Source: Sediminispirochaeta smaragdinae DSM 11293 (GTDB lineage Bacteria > Spirochaetota > Spirochaetia > DSM-16054 > Sediminispirochaetaceae). From it: a stretch of 64,000 bases of DNA. The stretch lies in assembly GCF_000143985.1 (NCBI RefSeq), contig NC_014364.1, positions 4,164,582 through 4,228,581 on the forward strand, read 5' to 3'. This document shows positions 35,513 through 45,795 of the stretch, one piece after another; the stretch's first letter is position 1, and every line of letters begins with the position of its first letter. Made by a program: the position numbers and the translations under genes. The notes beneath the pieces were generated by a model, which worked only from the letters and a program-made list of their open reading frames with translations, made no database searches and had not been told where the DNA came from.

Positions 35513-37111
35513 TTTCTCAAGCCCTTCTTATCGATTGATGAAAAAGCCGAACGTCCATTGATAAGCTTTCTACTGAACTCCGTCAGGTTTCCGTCAAGCT
35601 GTGTCTGAACATCCATCCGCCAGGAGTTCGGCAGGGGATTCTTGACCTCTACCGATCGAAGTATGTTGCTAGTGGCTTTAGTACTGATATTTGCAACATA
35701 TCCGGTCTCATCTGCACCTGAAATATTGCTGTTACCGTTGAAGACAAACGAGGCTATTCCGCTGTAGGGGCTTATTTTATCAATAACAGTGGGATCGATA
35801 TCGATCCCCATATATACAATATGGCTTCCGCTTCCGGAAGGAGGGGTATTGCGACCACTTGCCGGCATCAGGGAAAGGATCCCTTCGCCGGGAGAGAGCC
35901 AGGCTTTTGCATTATTAGCAGAGGTAAAGCCGTCCATGGCAACGTTGATTTTCCCTTTGTATCCGTAATCTCCGCTTGACTCACAGAGGATATTGGCAAG
36001 GTGCCAGCTTCCAAGAAGTGCAGTCCAGTCCCCGTATGAACTATCTATCCACCCCGCCGCGGCAGATGTTACCGCCTGGAAGTCACGATCATCGGATGCG
36101 AGTATTTCTTTATATATGCCCGTTCCGTTCGTGGCGTGGATCCTTAGCCACTGAAAAAAGAGGTTAACGGTTGCATAGTCATCCAGAACGGTATTCGGTT
36201 CCTCATTTTCCCAATAGCCATTCCATACAAAAAAGTTGTTTCCCTGGGCAATGGTCCCGTAAGGGTCTGCATTATACCAATCAATTTGGTCCTGATCGAC
36301 CTTTCCCCTATAGACGTACTCGGCAGCTGAAGAAAGGCCTTCATTGATCCAAATATCCTGCTCTTTCCCGTCGACCAGGTAGGTCTGAGAGAAATTAATC
36401 AGGTGCTGAAATTCATGGGCAAGGGTTTTGTAGAAATCCTCAGAACCCGCTTCCAGAGGATCGACGTCCATAAACAGCATATCCGCTTCGTTTGAGTGTT
36501 CATCACTCTCTACCGCGAGCATATGCGATGCCTGAAAGAAACCGGCAACATAGCCCCCTGATCCATCGTACCCATCCAGGATATCCAGCAGGAGAATGAT
36601 GGTTTTCCCGTTATCATCAACATCTTCCGGTTCGCCGAATGCATCGATAATCTGATGGTGAATCTTCTTGTCATATTCGGAAGCAACGGCGACTGCGGTA
36701 GTTTCGAGCACGGATGCACTGGTTTCCGCATAGATCAGGCAGTACGTACCTGTGGCAAGCAGCCCGCTTTCCACTTCATACCAATTTTCATTCCTAAGAT
36801 CGATGCAGTGAAAGGTCCTAGCCTCCACCCATTTTGCATAGAGGGTCATGGCCCCTGTCGGTATGCCGTTTGAGAAATCCCAGACAGTATCGAGTTCGGA
36901 ATCCGCATACCAGCCGCCAAAGGCGACGTCAGCCTTCGTCGGATTGGTCGGACGAATGATGGTGTTTCCCTCTCTTACTTTCTGATCGGCAACAACAGTG
37001 CCGCCATTACTTTCGAACGTAATCGTATAATACGTTCCGTCCGAAGAAGATGAAGGGTTTGGACAACCAAGCATGATAGCAGCAACAGCTACATAGAGAA
37101 AAGAACCAATT
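35509..37111 (-). CDS. Lipoprotein zinc metallopeptidase (HEFQH motif, possibly M30 hyicolysin-like) with N-terminal Listeria-Bacteroides (Flg_new) repeat; the N-terminal signal peptide is frameshifted
   Basis: YTITFESNGGTVVADQKV...GWYADSELDTVWDFSNGIPTGAMTLYAKW is a Flg_new repeat, and LAHEFQHLINF is an HExxH motif. The annotated ORF (35509-37074) begins MLGC, a bare lipobox. The ATG at 37111 encodes MKKKLVLFS and then stops. One extra T in the cttttc tract (plus-strand 37089-37092) would give MKKKLVLFLYVAVAAIMLGC. Confidence 0.6.
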
Positions 37112-37317
37112 TCTTTTTCATGTTTTGTAATCCTTGCTTTTTTTGATAAACAGATTATAGCTCTACGATTATTTCATGGAAAATTCGACTACTACTAATT
37201 TAAAGCCACATCTTGTTTTCCAGATGATTTTATTATAGTTTGTCTGATTTGTCGAAGGCCATGTCGGACAATATTGGATAGTATTCGGAAAAAATGTCCC
37301 GAATAATGGTGATTATC

Positions 37318-38349
37318 TCACTCATGCCTTCCCTTTTGATCGAACTGATCAAAGATATCCCGGACAATTTTTTCTCCCTCTTTTCCCAAATCCCCTAAGG
37401 CCTTACCGAGATGCTTTGCAAGGCCTGCAGCAGGGTCCCGAGTCTCCTCAAAGTCAGATTCATATTGCTGGCGAGCTTCCTTGAAATACTCCCGATTTTT
37501 CTCCTCTGCCTCACCCCCACGTTTCAGGTAATCTCCACCGTAGATCCGCCCAAAGCTGCCATCGTCGACCCAACGCTTGAGCTCCGGGATGCGTATAACA
37601 GGGAGGGGATGAGACATGTCCCAAGTGTTCAGAAATTTATGAAGGGAGTCGATAACGGACTCTCCGGCGTCATATTCCGCGGCTTGAGAGAAGAATTCGT
37701 TTATATCCATCTGACCAATGTCGTTCCCGCCGGCCAGCTTCATGAGCAGCCTGAAGGAGACATCCTGATCCTGGCAAACCAATAAACCGGCACGATCCGC
37801 GCTTAATTCACTTTTACGATCCCACTCACGCAAACCTGCCATAACAGGAATAATGAGAAGATCGAGCCCGGGAAAGCGGAGGGCCTTGAAACTGACATTC
37901 ACCAAGACCCACAGCAAGGTTTTGTAGAGGATATGACCACTCATACAGTGTCCCAGCTCGTGACCGATTACGGCCAGAAGCTCTTCATCATCCAGAGAGG
38001 AAACAAGGGCACTGTTGAGGGTAACAAAGGGGCGCTCAACACCGACCGCCCCGGCATTCATCGCGGGATTATAGGTAACGAATATATCAAGTTTTTCATC
38101 ATAGTCCAGGACAGAACAAGCTTCCTTTGCCAATGCATGTATGCGGGGGAATTGCCGCTCGGTGACACGAACGGCTGACCCGAGAAAAAAAAGCCGAAGA
38201 GAGCGGTCCGAGGTGATGGAAAGGACCGCTTTGATTACCTGGCTTAAACCGGGGATCTTTTTCAGAGCCTCCAAGGCGGCAGTATCGGCCGGATGCTGCC
38301 AGGAACGAGAGCTTATCTCGGGAAAATAGCAACGCTTTTGCGGTGTCAT
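37318..38349 (-). CDS. M48 family zinc metallopeptidase (HtpX/Ste24-like)
   Basis: HEXXH motif AVIGHELGHCMSGH and the downstream M48 Glu region. Confidence 0.85.
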   Translation of the reverse strand: MTPQKRCYFPEISSRSWQHPADTAALEALKKIPGLSQVIKAVLSITSDRSLRLFFLGSAVRVTERQFPRIHALAKEACSVLDYDEKLDIFVTYNPAMNAGAVGVERPFVTLNSALVSSLDDEELLAVIGHELGHCMSGHILYKTLLWVLVNVSFKALRFPGLDLLIIPVMAGLREWDRKSELSADRAGLLVCQDQDVSFRLLMKLAGGNDIGQMDINEFFSQAAEYDAGESVIDSLHKFLNTWDMSHPLPVIRIPELKRWVDDGSFGRIYGGDYLKRGGEAEEKNREYFKEARQQYESDFEETRDPAAGLAKHLGKALGDLGKEGEKIVRDIFDQFDQKGRHE

Positions 38350-38353
38350 AGGC

Positions 38354-40186
38354 TTAAGACTGCCCCCTTTTATCTTCGATCTTGCGACGAGCCGCAGAAA
38401 GCTCTTTTTTTCGCAGACGAATTGATTTCGGCGTCACCTCGATAAGCTCATCCTCACGGATAAACTGAACCGCCCGTTCGAGGGTCATGGGAAGAACCGG
38501 TGTCAGAATGACAGCATCGTCCTTTCCCGAGGCGCGCATATTTGAAAGTTTCTTGGTTTTGGTAGGATTAACATTCAGATCGTTTTCACGATTATGCTCA
38601 CCGACAATCATCCCTTCATAAACAGGATCCTTCGGAACAACGAAGAGCGTTCCACGAGCTTCAAGGTTGAATAGTGCATAAGGGACCGATGTACCTTCAC
38701 GATCGGCAACAAGCGAGCCGGTAAATCGGCCGGTAAAATCCCCCCGGTACTCCTCGTACCCCGAGAGATAGCTATTGAGGATCCCCGTTCCCTTTGTGTC
38801 CGTAAGGAATTCATCACGATATCCGATGAGTGCCCGGCTGGGAACCGAGAATTCGATCCTGACGCGACCATTCTCATGGCTGGTGATATTGAGCATACGC
38901 CCCTTTCGCCTTGAAAGCTTTTCGGTCACAACACCGGTGAAAGGATCCGCACAATCGATAAAAAGATGCTCTATCGGTTCCATCTTTTTCCCATTTTCCT
39001 GATGAAAAATAACATGGGGACGCCCCACACAAAATTCAAAGCCTTCGCGACGCATGGTTTCAATGAGAATAACCATCTGAAACTCGCCTCGCCCCTGAAC
39101 AATAAAACTATCGCGATCATCTCCCCGACTCACCCGCATAGAGACATTTGTGAGGGTTTCCTTTTCCAAACGTTCAAAGATTTTCGTTCCCTGAACGATC
39201 TTTCCCTCCTTACCGGAAAAGGGCCCGTTGTTTACGGAAAACCGCATGGAAACCGTCGGTTCATCCACGGTGATCCGTTTCAAGGGTAGAGGGTTATCCT
39301 TGGAACAGACGGTGTCACCGATATGAACATCCTCGATCCCCGCAAGTACGATGATCTCTCCGGCCTTTGCTTCGGTCACATCGGACAGGACCAAGCCCCT
39401 GTAGGACTGCAGGCGTGTTACCCGAAGGGGCTTGGCCTTTCCGTCCGGGCCGATACAGGCAAGAGCCTCATTGGCCTGGACAGATCCGCCGTATACCTTT
39501 CCTACGGCAAGACGTCCAAGATAGTCATCATAGCCTAGATCGGAAACCAACATACGAAAGGGTCCCACCATATCAACCGACGGCGAGGGAATATGATCAA
39601 CAATGGTATCAAGAAGAAGATCGAGCTTTTCATCCTCCCCATCGGGACTTCTTTTTATCACACCGTCTCTTCCAACAGCATAGAGAATCGGGAATTCGAG
39701 CTGATGATCTCCCGCATCAAGATCGATCAGCAGGTCGTACACCTCATCCAATACCTCCAAAGGACGTGCATCCTGACGATCGATCTTATTGATGACAACG
39801 ATAAGCGAGAGCCCCGCCTTCAGTGCCTTTGAAAGGACGAACCGTGTTTGAGGCAGAGGCCCCTCCGCGGCATCGACCAAAAGAACGGCCCCATCGACCA
39901 TCGACAGGGCCCGCTCCACTTCACCGCCGAAATCGGCATGCCCCGGCGTATCGATAATATTGATACGAAGGTCTTTCCATTCGATGGAACAGTTTTTCGC
40001 CTCAATGGTAATCCCTCGCTCCCGCTCCAGGTCGAGCCGATCCATGACACGCTCTTCAACCTCCTGACCGGCCCGAAAAACTCCGCTTCGTTGAAACATA
40101 GCATCTACTAACGTGGTTTTCCCATGATCGACATGGGCAATAATTGCAATATTCCGTATGGTATCATTTTGCTGTATGCTTTGCAT
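38354..40186 (-). CDS. typA: Translational GTPase TypA/BipA
   Basis: NIAIIAHVDHGKTTLVDAM G1 motif and the EF-G-like domain order, about 600 aa. The first M of the track ORF is TTG at 40222; the ATG at 40186 (MQSIQQNDTIRNIAII) fits the TypA N-terminus better. Confidence 0.9.
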   Translation of the reverse strand: MQSIQQNDTIRNIAIIAHVDHGKTTLVDAMFQRSGVFRAGQEVEERVMDRLDLERERGITIEAKNCSIEWKDLRINIIDTPGHADFGGEVERALSMVDGAVLLVDAAEGPLPQTRFVLSKALKAGLSLIVVINKIDRQDARPLEVLDEVYDLLIDLDAGDHQLEFPILYAVGRDGVIKRSPDGEDEKLDLLLDTIVDHIPSPSVDMVGPFRMLVSDLGYDDYLGRLAVGKVYGGSVQANEALACIGPDGKAKPLRVTRLQSYRGLVLSDVTEAKAGEIIVLAGIEDVHIGDTVCSKDNPLPLKRITVDEPTVSMRFSVNNGPFSGKEGKIVQGTKIFERLEKETLTNVSMRVSRGDDRDSFIVQGRGEFQMVILIETMRREGFEFCVGRPHVIFHQENGKKMEPIEHLFIDCADPFTGVVTEKLSRRKGRMLNITSHENGRVRIEFSVPSRALIGYRDEFLTDTKGTGILNSYLSGYEEYRGDFTGRFTGSLVADREGTSVPYALFNLEARGTLFVVPKDPVYEGMIVGEHNRENDLNVNPTKTKKLSNMRASGKDDAVILTPVLPMTLERAVQFIREDELIEVTPKSIRLRKKELSAARRKIEDKRGQS

Positions 40187-40284
40187 AAAAAGACGATACC
40201 CCGAAGCGGGGCGTGTATACAAGCTGCCGAGAGGCCATAGCCGTCGGTCTCGACCTGTTTTATTTCCCGTGGTATCATTTATCT

Positions 40285-40710
40285 ATGAATGCGGATAGGG
40301 AATACGCCCTTCGCATCGCCACAGAAGCGAAGCGATTGGAAAAGAGCATTTCAGGCAAGAAAAGCGAATTGAAAACATGGCTCTCAAGGGTCGATCTTGC
40401 CGAAAATTCGGAAAAAGAAGAGCTTGCCGAGGCTGCAAAGAAAAGGGTCAGTGAACTTGAAGCGGAAATCCAGAAGCTCGAGGTAGAGGCGCGTCTTCTT
40501 TCCCGTGATGTGGAAGAAGCAAAAACGTTATGGAAAAATAATGCACCTGAAAGGCTTCTCTCCACCGATGCCGAGGCCCTTGTCAGAAGGCTCGACGCCC
40601 TCGCCGGAAATATCGGCTCGGAAAGTGAGGCCTTTGCCGAGCTCCAGCGTAATGCCGACGCAGAGGCCGCTTTAGAAGAGTTGAAGCGAAGTATGGAGGA
40701 GAACAAATGA
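40285..40710 (+). CDS. Coiled-coil hypothetical protein
   Basis: Heptad-rich EAKRLEKSISGKKSEL...ELEAEIQKLEVEARLL. Its stop overlaps the GDPD start as ATGA. Start uncertain: 40213 (TTG/M1) or the ATG at 40285. Confidence 0.4.
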   Translation: MNADREYALRIATEAKRLEKSISGKKSELKTWLSRVDLAENSEKEELAEAAKKRVSELEAEIQKLEVEARLLSRDVEEAKTLWKNNAPERLLSTDAEALVRRLDALAGNIGSESEAFAELQRNADAEAALEELKRSMEENK

Positions 40711-41516
40711 AACCATACGCCTTAGCACAGTTTTCCGAAGAACACTTTATTAATCAGCAAGCACTACGCCCCTTTCTATTCGGCCATCGCGGCTATTCAT
40801 CAAGAGCACCGGAAAACACCATGTCCGCATTCAGGCTCTGCGCCGATCTTCACATACCTGGTATCGAACTGGATGTCCACCTCACAAAGGACGGAGAGAT
40901 CGTCGTTATACACGATCACAACCTCAAACGAACCGCAGGCATCGAGGCAGTTGTAGAAGCCTGCAGACTGGACGATCTCAGGCGTGCCGACATCGGAAGT
41001 TGGTTTTCTCCCGAGTTTACAGGTGAGCTTATAATAACGTTGCAAGAGCTGTTCGAAACCTTTTCCGATCGTTTCTATTACGACATCGAATTAAAGGATG
41101 AAACACGGGGAGATAGTGGGCTTGCCTCGGCCGTCGTCGACGTTATCGAGAAATCAGGACTGGAGATGCGGTGCATACTTTCCTCTTTTAATCCATTTCC
41201 CCTCATCGCAGCAAGAAAACGAAGCAAGTCGATTCCCACCGCAATTATCTACAGCAACGACAAGGCGGTTCCCGGAATTCTCCGCCGAGGTTTCGGTAAA
41301 GTCATTGCCTCGACCCCAATTCTCAAACCGGATTTTCATCAGGCGAGCTCTTTTGCCACGGCATGGTACCGAAGGGTTGAAGGTCGTGCCGTAATTCCAT
41401 GGACCGTCGACGATCCCGCCAGCGGAAAAATGCTTCTACATAGGGGTGTGGACGGCCTCATAACAAACGACCCCGAAATTCAGTTAAAGGACTTCGGGGT
41501 CGAGAGGGTTTTCTAA
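40707..41516 (+). CDS. Glycerophosphodiester phosphodiesterase (GDPD family)
   Basis: LFGHRGYSSRAPENTMSAF and IELDVHLTKDGEIVVIHDHNL catalytic motifs. Confidence 0.85.
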   Translation: MKPYALAQFSEEHFINQQALRPFLFGHRGYSSRAPENTMSAFRLCADLHIPGIELDVHLTKDGEIVVIHDHNLKRTAGIEAVVEACRLDDLRRADIGSWFSPEFTGELIITLQELFETFSDRFYYDIELKDETRGDSGLASAVVDVIEKSGLEMRCILSSFNPFPLIAARKRSKSIPTAIIYSNDKAVPGILRRGFGKVIASTPILKPDFHQASSFATAWYRRVEGRAVIPWTVDDPASGKMLLHRGVDGLITNDPEIQLKDFGVERVF

Positions 41517-41524
41517 AAGGAAAA

Positions 41525-43006
41525 TCACGGCAGACTGTTGGCCATGGAGTCGCCGATCATCTTACCGAACTGCTTAAAAGCGGCACTCATCGCACTCTGG
41601 GCATTGTTACCGAGTGCCGTCTTGAATTTTGTTCCGGACGAGTAAAGGATATCTCCACTCGAAAGGTCGGCAACCTTGATGTCTCCGGAGACCTTTACCG
41701 TAAAACGGCCGTCTCCCTCTCGAAAATCGCTAATTCCGACGGTACCGAAGATGATTCTTCCGTACTGATTCCCGAAGCTAGTTGCGGCATTTCTGATAAC
41801 GGCCGCATCGCTGGAACCCTGAAGGTTCGAAAAGGGGGTAACGGTTCCGACCTTAAAGCCCTGGCTGCTGAGGGCCTCCAAGAGCCCCGAAGCCGTCTCC
41901 GTCCGCCCGGTGGCATTCCCGCCGTTATCAACATCGACGATCATGACCGCCGTAGCGACCTCCTTCGCCCGGCTCTCCACGGTATAGGAAAAGCTTACCC
42001 CTTTTGTCCCGATCAGCTGTTCGAGGGCCTCAAGTTGGGGATAGAGGGCATCCGGTACATCCTCTAAACTCTCAAGTGCATCCGAAAGATCGATACCCAT
42101 GGAAAGAGTCTCTTTTCCGACAAAATCGGGAGGAGGAGGAAGGAATTCCACTTCACCGTCGGATCCGCTCTTTACCGTCTCGACTTGTATCTGAGTCCGG
42201 TTATTTCGCCCCAGGGTTTTATAGGTCACCTTCACAGGAACATCTGAAAGAGCCCCTGCCTCCGAAGAAACCTTGGCACGAAACCCCTCCCCAAAGGGTT
42301 TGTTCATATCAGCCGAAAGGTTGTCGTTCAAACGAACAATGGTAATCGCCTGAACCGCCCTCCGCGCTTTATTCATGTTTCGCTCGTACTTGATGGCAGC
42401 ATTATCCACCTCGGAACTTGAGGCAGCCAGTGCAGCCTCAAGATATTTGACAGCAGCCCGATACCAGGAACCGGAAGAGGCAAGTGAATCGCCCTCGGCT
42501 TCGGGGCCGGAGATAGCCTCACGCTGTTCTGCGAAGACCGCCTGAATCCGGGCCTGCTCCTGTAAGAGGGATTCCTTGTCATAGGCCGCAAGAATATAGA
42601 CATTTGCAATCCCACCCTGCTTCTCGCTGTAGGTATCCCGAATGCGAAAATCACCGATCTGGGCCTTGCTGCTCTCCTTGATCGTCTGCTCGAGGCTCGT
42701 GGTAAACGAATCAAGGGTATCCTTCGCTTCAACAGTAGTATCGGCGCTCACCTTTACACCGAGGAAACGGGTAATCGACGCAACAAGATCGCTGGTAGCA
42801 GCCTGCCGGGCCGCAGCCTCATCACCGTCCGGATTCGAACCGGAACCGACGAAAAATACCTCGTCGGAAGTATCCGCAGGAGGCGTCATCACCCATGACG
42901 GACGATCGCTTCCCGATCTATCGGAGCCCGAAGAAGCACAGCCAAAGAGAAATGAGAGAATAATGAATCCTGAAAGGATAAAACTCGTTTTGCGCATCTT
43001 TCTCAT
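41525..43006 (-). CDS. Lipoprotein with LPP20-like domain
   Basis: Start moved to the ATG at 43006 (MRKMRKTSFILSGFIILSFLFGC lipobox), immediately after the upstream stop. FFVGSGSNPDGDEAAARQAATSDLVASITRFLGV resembles the LPP20 family core. Confidence 0.45.
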   Translation of the reverse strand: MRKMRKTSFILSGFIILSFLFGCASSGSDRSGSDRPSWVMTPPADTSDEVFFVGSGSNPDGDEAAARQAATSDLVASITRFLGVKVSADTTVEAKDTLDSFTTSLEQTIKESSKAQIGDFRIRDTYSEKQGGIANVYILAAYDKESLLQEQARIQAVFAEQREAISGPEAEGDSLASSGSWYRAAVKYLEAALAASSSEVDNAAIKYERNMNKARRAVQAITIVRLNDNLSADMNKPFGEGFRAKVSSEAGALSDVPVKVTYKTLGRNNRTQIQVETVKSGSDGEVEFLPPPPDFVGKETLSMGIDLSDALESLEDVPDALYPQLEALEQLIGTKGVSFSYTVESRAKEVATAVMIVDVDNGGNATGRTETASGLLEALSSQGFKVGTVTPFSNLQGSSDAAVIRNAATSFGNQYGRIIFGTVGISDFREGDGRFTVKVSGDIKVADLSSGDILYSSGTKFKTALGNNAQSAMSAAFKQFGKMIGDSMANSLP

Positions 43007-43007
43007 C

Positions 43008-44390
43008 TTATAGTCCTGTATCGAAAGTGATGGAATTACCCCGCTGAAACACAAGGAATGTCCCTTCCATTCCGGAAACCCCTTCGGTTGCATCGTAGAT
43101 CAAATCTTCGAGATCGGTAATACGGCCGATAAGACGGACCTCATACCGGCTCTCTTCAGGAGCATAGCTCAATTTTCGGATATTCTTGACCTTGCGCTCT
43201 ATCTTCTTCTCAAAATTCCTCATCATTCTGGAGTCGGGCGTATTCTGAATCACCAATGTATACTTAATTCCCTGGCTCAGCTCCTGCCGGGTATACAACT
43301 GCGCCTGTTCGATCGCCTTCTGTACTGCGTTATAGGTGGCCGAAGCAACGGCGTTGTTGAGGGCATCCTTCTCGCTTACGGTGCTCATGGCAGGAGGTAC
43401 GGTTTGATAATAAGCGGTTCCCCTGCCACTCCCGGTAGAGGCATCGAAATTCTTCAGGTTTACACTTGCACTGCCGTAATAACGGCCACTCTTGGTTTCC
43501 GAATTGGCATCGACGGCGATCTCAATATAAATATCTGCATTGAGTTTATTTGCGATCCACTGGATCATCGAGATGGACTGTCCGGTCTCTTCCTCATAGG
43601 CCATCTCCTGGTCCTTCTTGAGCCGTTCGATCTGCTCCAAGTCGACATAGTTCATACCGTTCTGTGCAAGATACTTGTTGGCCATACCGACCGCGGTGGT
43701 GGCAAGAAACTGATCGGTGACGTTTTCTTCATCGTAGTAGACCATATAGCTGAGATTACCTACGATATCCTGAATTAATGCGGCTTCCTGCGGGTCGATC
43801 TCGCCGGAAGTCGAAGCAGGCGCCTCTTCAGGAACTTCTTCCTGTCCGGCGGAAGGGGTAGCTTCGGCGGTTGCAGGCTGCGGAGCGGAAATGGCAGGCC
43901 TTGGCTGATCGACAAGAGCGACCTCGCCACCCTGGGGTAAAACCTGACCGCCGTAGATGCCGGCGCCACGGAGGACCGCAGCAACAGATTCAAGGTTGAT
44001 TTTAATACCGAGGGTCAAGGAAAAATCGCCGTCCGATCCCCCACGGTCGATAATCTCCATGGAATCATTGTACACATATGCATTGACGCCGCCCTTGCCA
44101 AAAAGAGCCGTCTCGATTTCATCTCGTTTTGCTGCCGCGGCGGCAACGCCGAGCAGATCAGCCGAAGCCTTACGCACCGCTGCAATCTTAGCCTGATTCA
44201 TCGCCTCGGTCTGAGTGGCTCCACTACCGCTGCCGTAATAGACCGGCGATGAAACCGGTGCGGCAGAAGCAGCAGCCTGTTTGCCGGGCCCTGTAGATCC
44301 TCCACCGGTGCTGGCACAGCCAGCTAGAAGAAGTACGAAAATAACGGAGAGTGCGGCTCCGATTTTCACAATACTGTTTTTCTTTTTCAT
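43008..44390 (-). CDS. Lipoprotein with LPP20-like domains (paralogue)
   Basis: MKKKNSIVKIGAALSVIFVLLLAGC lipobox. Two LPP20-like segments (YYGSGSGATQTEAMNQAKIAAVRKASADLLGVA and TGSGRGTAYYQTV...ALNNAVASATYNAVQKAIEQA). Ala/Pro-rich linker. Confidence 0.45.
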   Translation of the reverse strand: MKKKNSIVKIGAALSVIFVLLLAGCASTGGGSTGPGKQAAASAAPVSSPVYYGSGSGATQTEAMNQAKIAAVRKASADLLGVAAAAAKRDEIETALFGKGGVNAYVYNDSMEIIDRGGSDGDFSLTLGIKINLESVAAVLRGAGIYGGQVLPQGGEVALVDQPRPAISAPQPATAEATPSAGQEEVPEEAPASTSGEIDPQEAALIQDIVGNLSYMVYYDEENVTDQFLATTAVGMANKYLAQNGMNYVDLEQIERLKKDQEMAYEEETGQSISMIQWIANKLNADIYIEIAVDANSETKSGRYYGSASVNLKNFDASTGSGRGTAYYQTVPPAMSTVSEKDALNNAVASATYNAVQKAIEQAQLYTRQELSQGIKYTLVIQNTPDSRMMRNFEKKIERKVKNIRKLSYAPEESRYEVRLIGRITDLEDLIYDATEGVSGMEGTFLVFQRGNSITFDTGL

Positions 44391-44404
44391 CTATCTTGCT
44401 CCTG

Positions 44405-45721
44405 CTACAACTTGAAGGTCAGGCCGCCGCCCAAGACAAGCCCGTTGTAATCGTTGGGATTAATGTCTTCAAGGACCAAGGCCTGGTAAAAAGTATATCC
44501 CGTACGAAGAAAAAATTTCATGTTCTGTTTGAAAAGATATTGTGCCTCAACAAGCCCGGTAAAACCGATGCTGCTGAAGTACTCATAATCCTCGTCGCCA
44601 TTGATAGGAACAAGGAAGCCCGCGCCGACGACGGCACTGGGGTTGATGCTCAGCCGCCCGAACATCCAGTTAGCTTCGGCACCGACATAGGCGTTAACCG
44701 GAAACCAGATAGCAAACGAGTCTCCAAGAGGAACCTCCACCCCTACCACGGGCCTCAGAGAATAGAAACCACGACTTCCAACCGATCGCAAGCCAGCGAT
44801 AGCAAGAATTTCCTCGTCCGAATCGGAAGACTGAAGGATATCGAGATATCCGGATAGCTCAACACCAAGTCGCGGAATCTCCTTCAGCTGCTCCCCCACA
44901 TTCGGCCGCCCATTACTGTAGCGCACCCGGGTCGAGGAGATCTCTTCGTCGACGGATTTTACAACAATCAACCCGGTCTCCTTCGACATTTGGCGACCGG
45001 AAGGAAGAACCCTTGTCTCGACAATGGCAAACTCATCACCGACCTGGACGCCCATGTTTCTGCCGAATTCGATAATATATTCTTTTCCAATAATATCAAT
45101 AATACCGGTCTTCAGCTGAAATTCAGGGACGCTGCGAAGCTCATACTGTAGCTGCATAGGAATGGCATCGGCAGCACCTTTTATCGCTTCCTTCTGGCTG
45201 TCTCCCGATCCCGAGGTATCGATCTGAAAACTCGCGAAGGCCTTCCCCTCCTCTACATTGACAAAAGTAAAGGAGGTTTGAATATCAGCCTCGTAGGAGT
45301 CTTCGTCATAGCGAACATCATAGTAGCTCATTACCGGAATAACGACGATGAAGGAACCGACAAGTTTATTGAAATCAGCCTCGGTAAAGGTTGCTTCCCC
45401 AAGCCTGACCTCCTCGGGAATTTCGACATTTTCCTCTTTGTATTTTTTCACCTGGTCGATAAAAGATTGAATATCACCGGCCTCTAATCGATAGGTCATC
45501 CCATAGATGTTGAATCGTCCCAACCCAACAAAAACATTCTGTATGGCCTGGTCGACCAGACCAAGAGCCCCGGAAGGTATGCTCCAATCTGCATAACTGA
45601 GACTGAAGACAGCAATATCTTTTTTTTCGGAAATTTCTTGTGCAGAAAGGGACATTGCCATCATACAGACAGCAAGCAGTAAAGCCGACAAACGTCGAGA
45701 TTTCATGGAGCTCCTCCTCAA
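44405..45721 (-). CDS. Secreted CsgG/HfaB-like protein with C-terminal beta-rich extension
   Basis: Signal peptide, then DIAVFSLSYADWSIPSGALGLVDQAIQNVFVGLGRFNIYGM, which resembles the CsgG-family N-terminal fold. Ends GGGLTFKL. Confidence 0.35.
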   Translation of the reverse strand: MRRSSMKSRRLSALLLAVCMMAMSLSAQEISEKKDIAVFSLSYADWSIPSGALGLVDQAIQNVFVGLGRFNIYGMTYRLEAGDIQSFIDQVKKYKEENVEIPEEVRLGEATFTEADFNKLVGSFIVVIPVMSYYDVRYDEDSYEADIQTSFTFVNVEEGKAFASFQIDTSGSGDSQKEAIKGAADAIPMQLQYELRSVPEFQLKTGIIDIIGKEYIIEFGRNMGVQVGDEFAIVETRVLPSGRQMSKETGLIVVKSVDEEISSTRVRYSNGRPNVGEQLKEIPRLGVELSGYLDILQSSDSDEEILAIAGLRSVGSRGFYSLRPVVGVEVPLGDSFAIWFPVNAYVGAEANWMFGRLSINPSAVVGAGFLVPINGDEDYEYFSSIGFTGLVEAQYLFKQNMKFFLRTGYTFYQALVLEDINPNDYNGLVLGGGLTFKL

Positions 45722-45795
45722 AGTTTTCCACCTAGATAATATAGGCAGAATCTTAAAATTTCAACGTGGGGAAAAGATTATTGCATGAAAGTTAG

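Noticed and set aside
37086-37095. Phase-variable homopolymer switch as the explanation for the frameshifted protease signal peptide.
   Set aside because: The tract is only 4 T, too short for efficient slipped-strand switching. A sequencing indel or a fixed mutation is more likely. It is kept as a finding and not called phase variation.
40275-40706. A 143-aa Ser/Ala-rich ORF on the minus strand.
   Set aside because: Low-complexity translation antisense to the coiled-coil gene, so likely a shadow ORF. It matters only for interpreting the hairpin upstream of typA.
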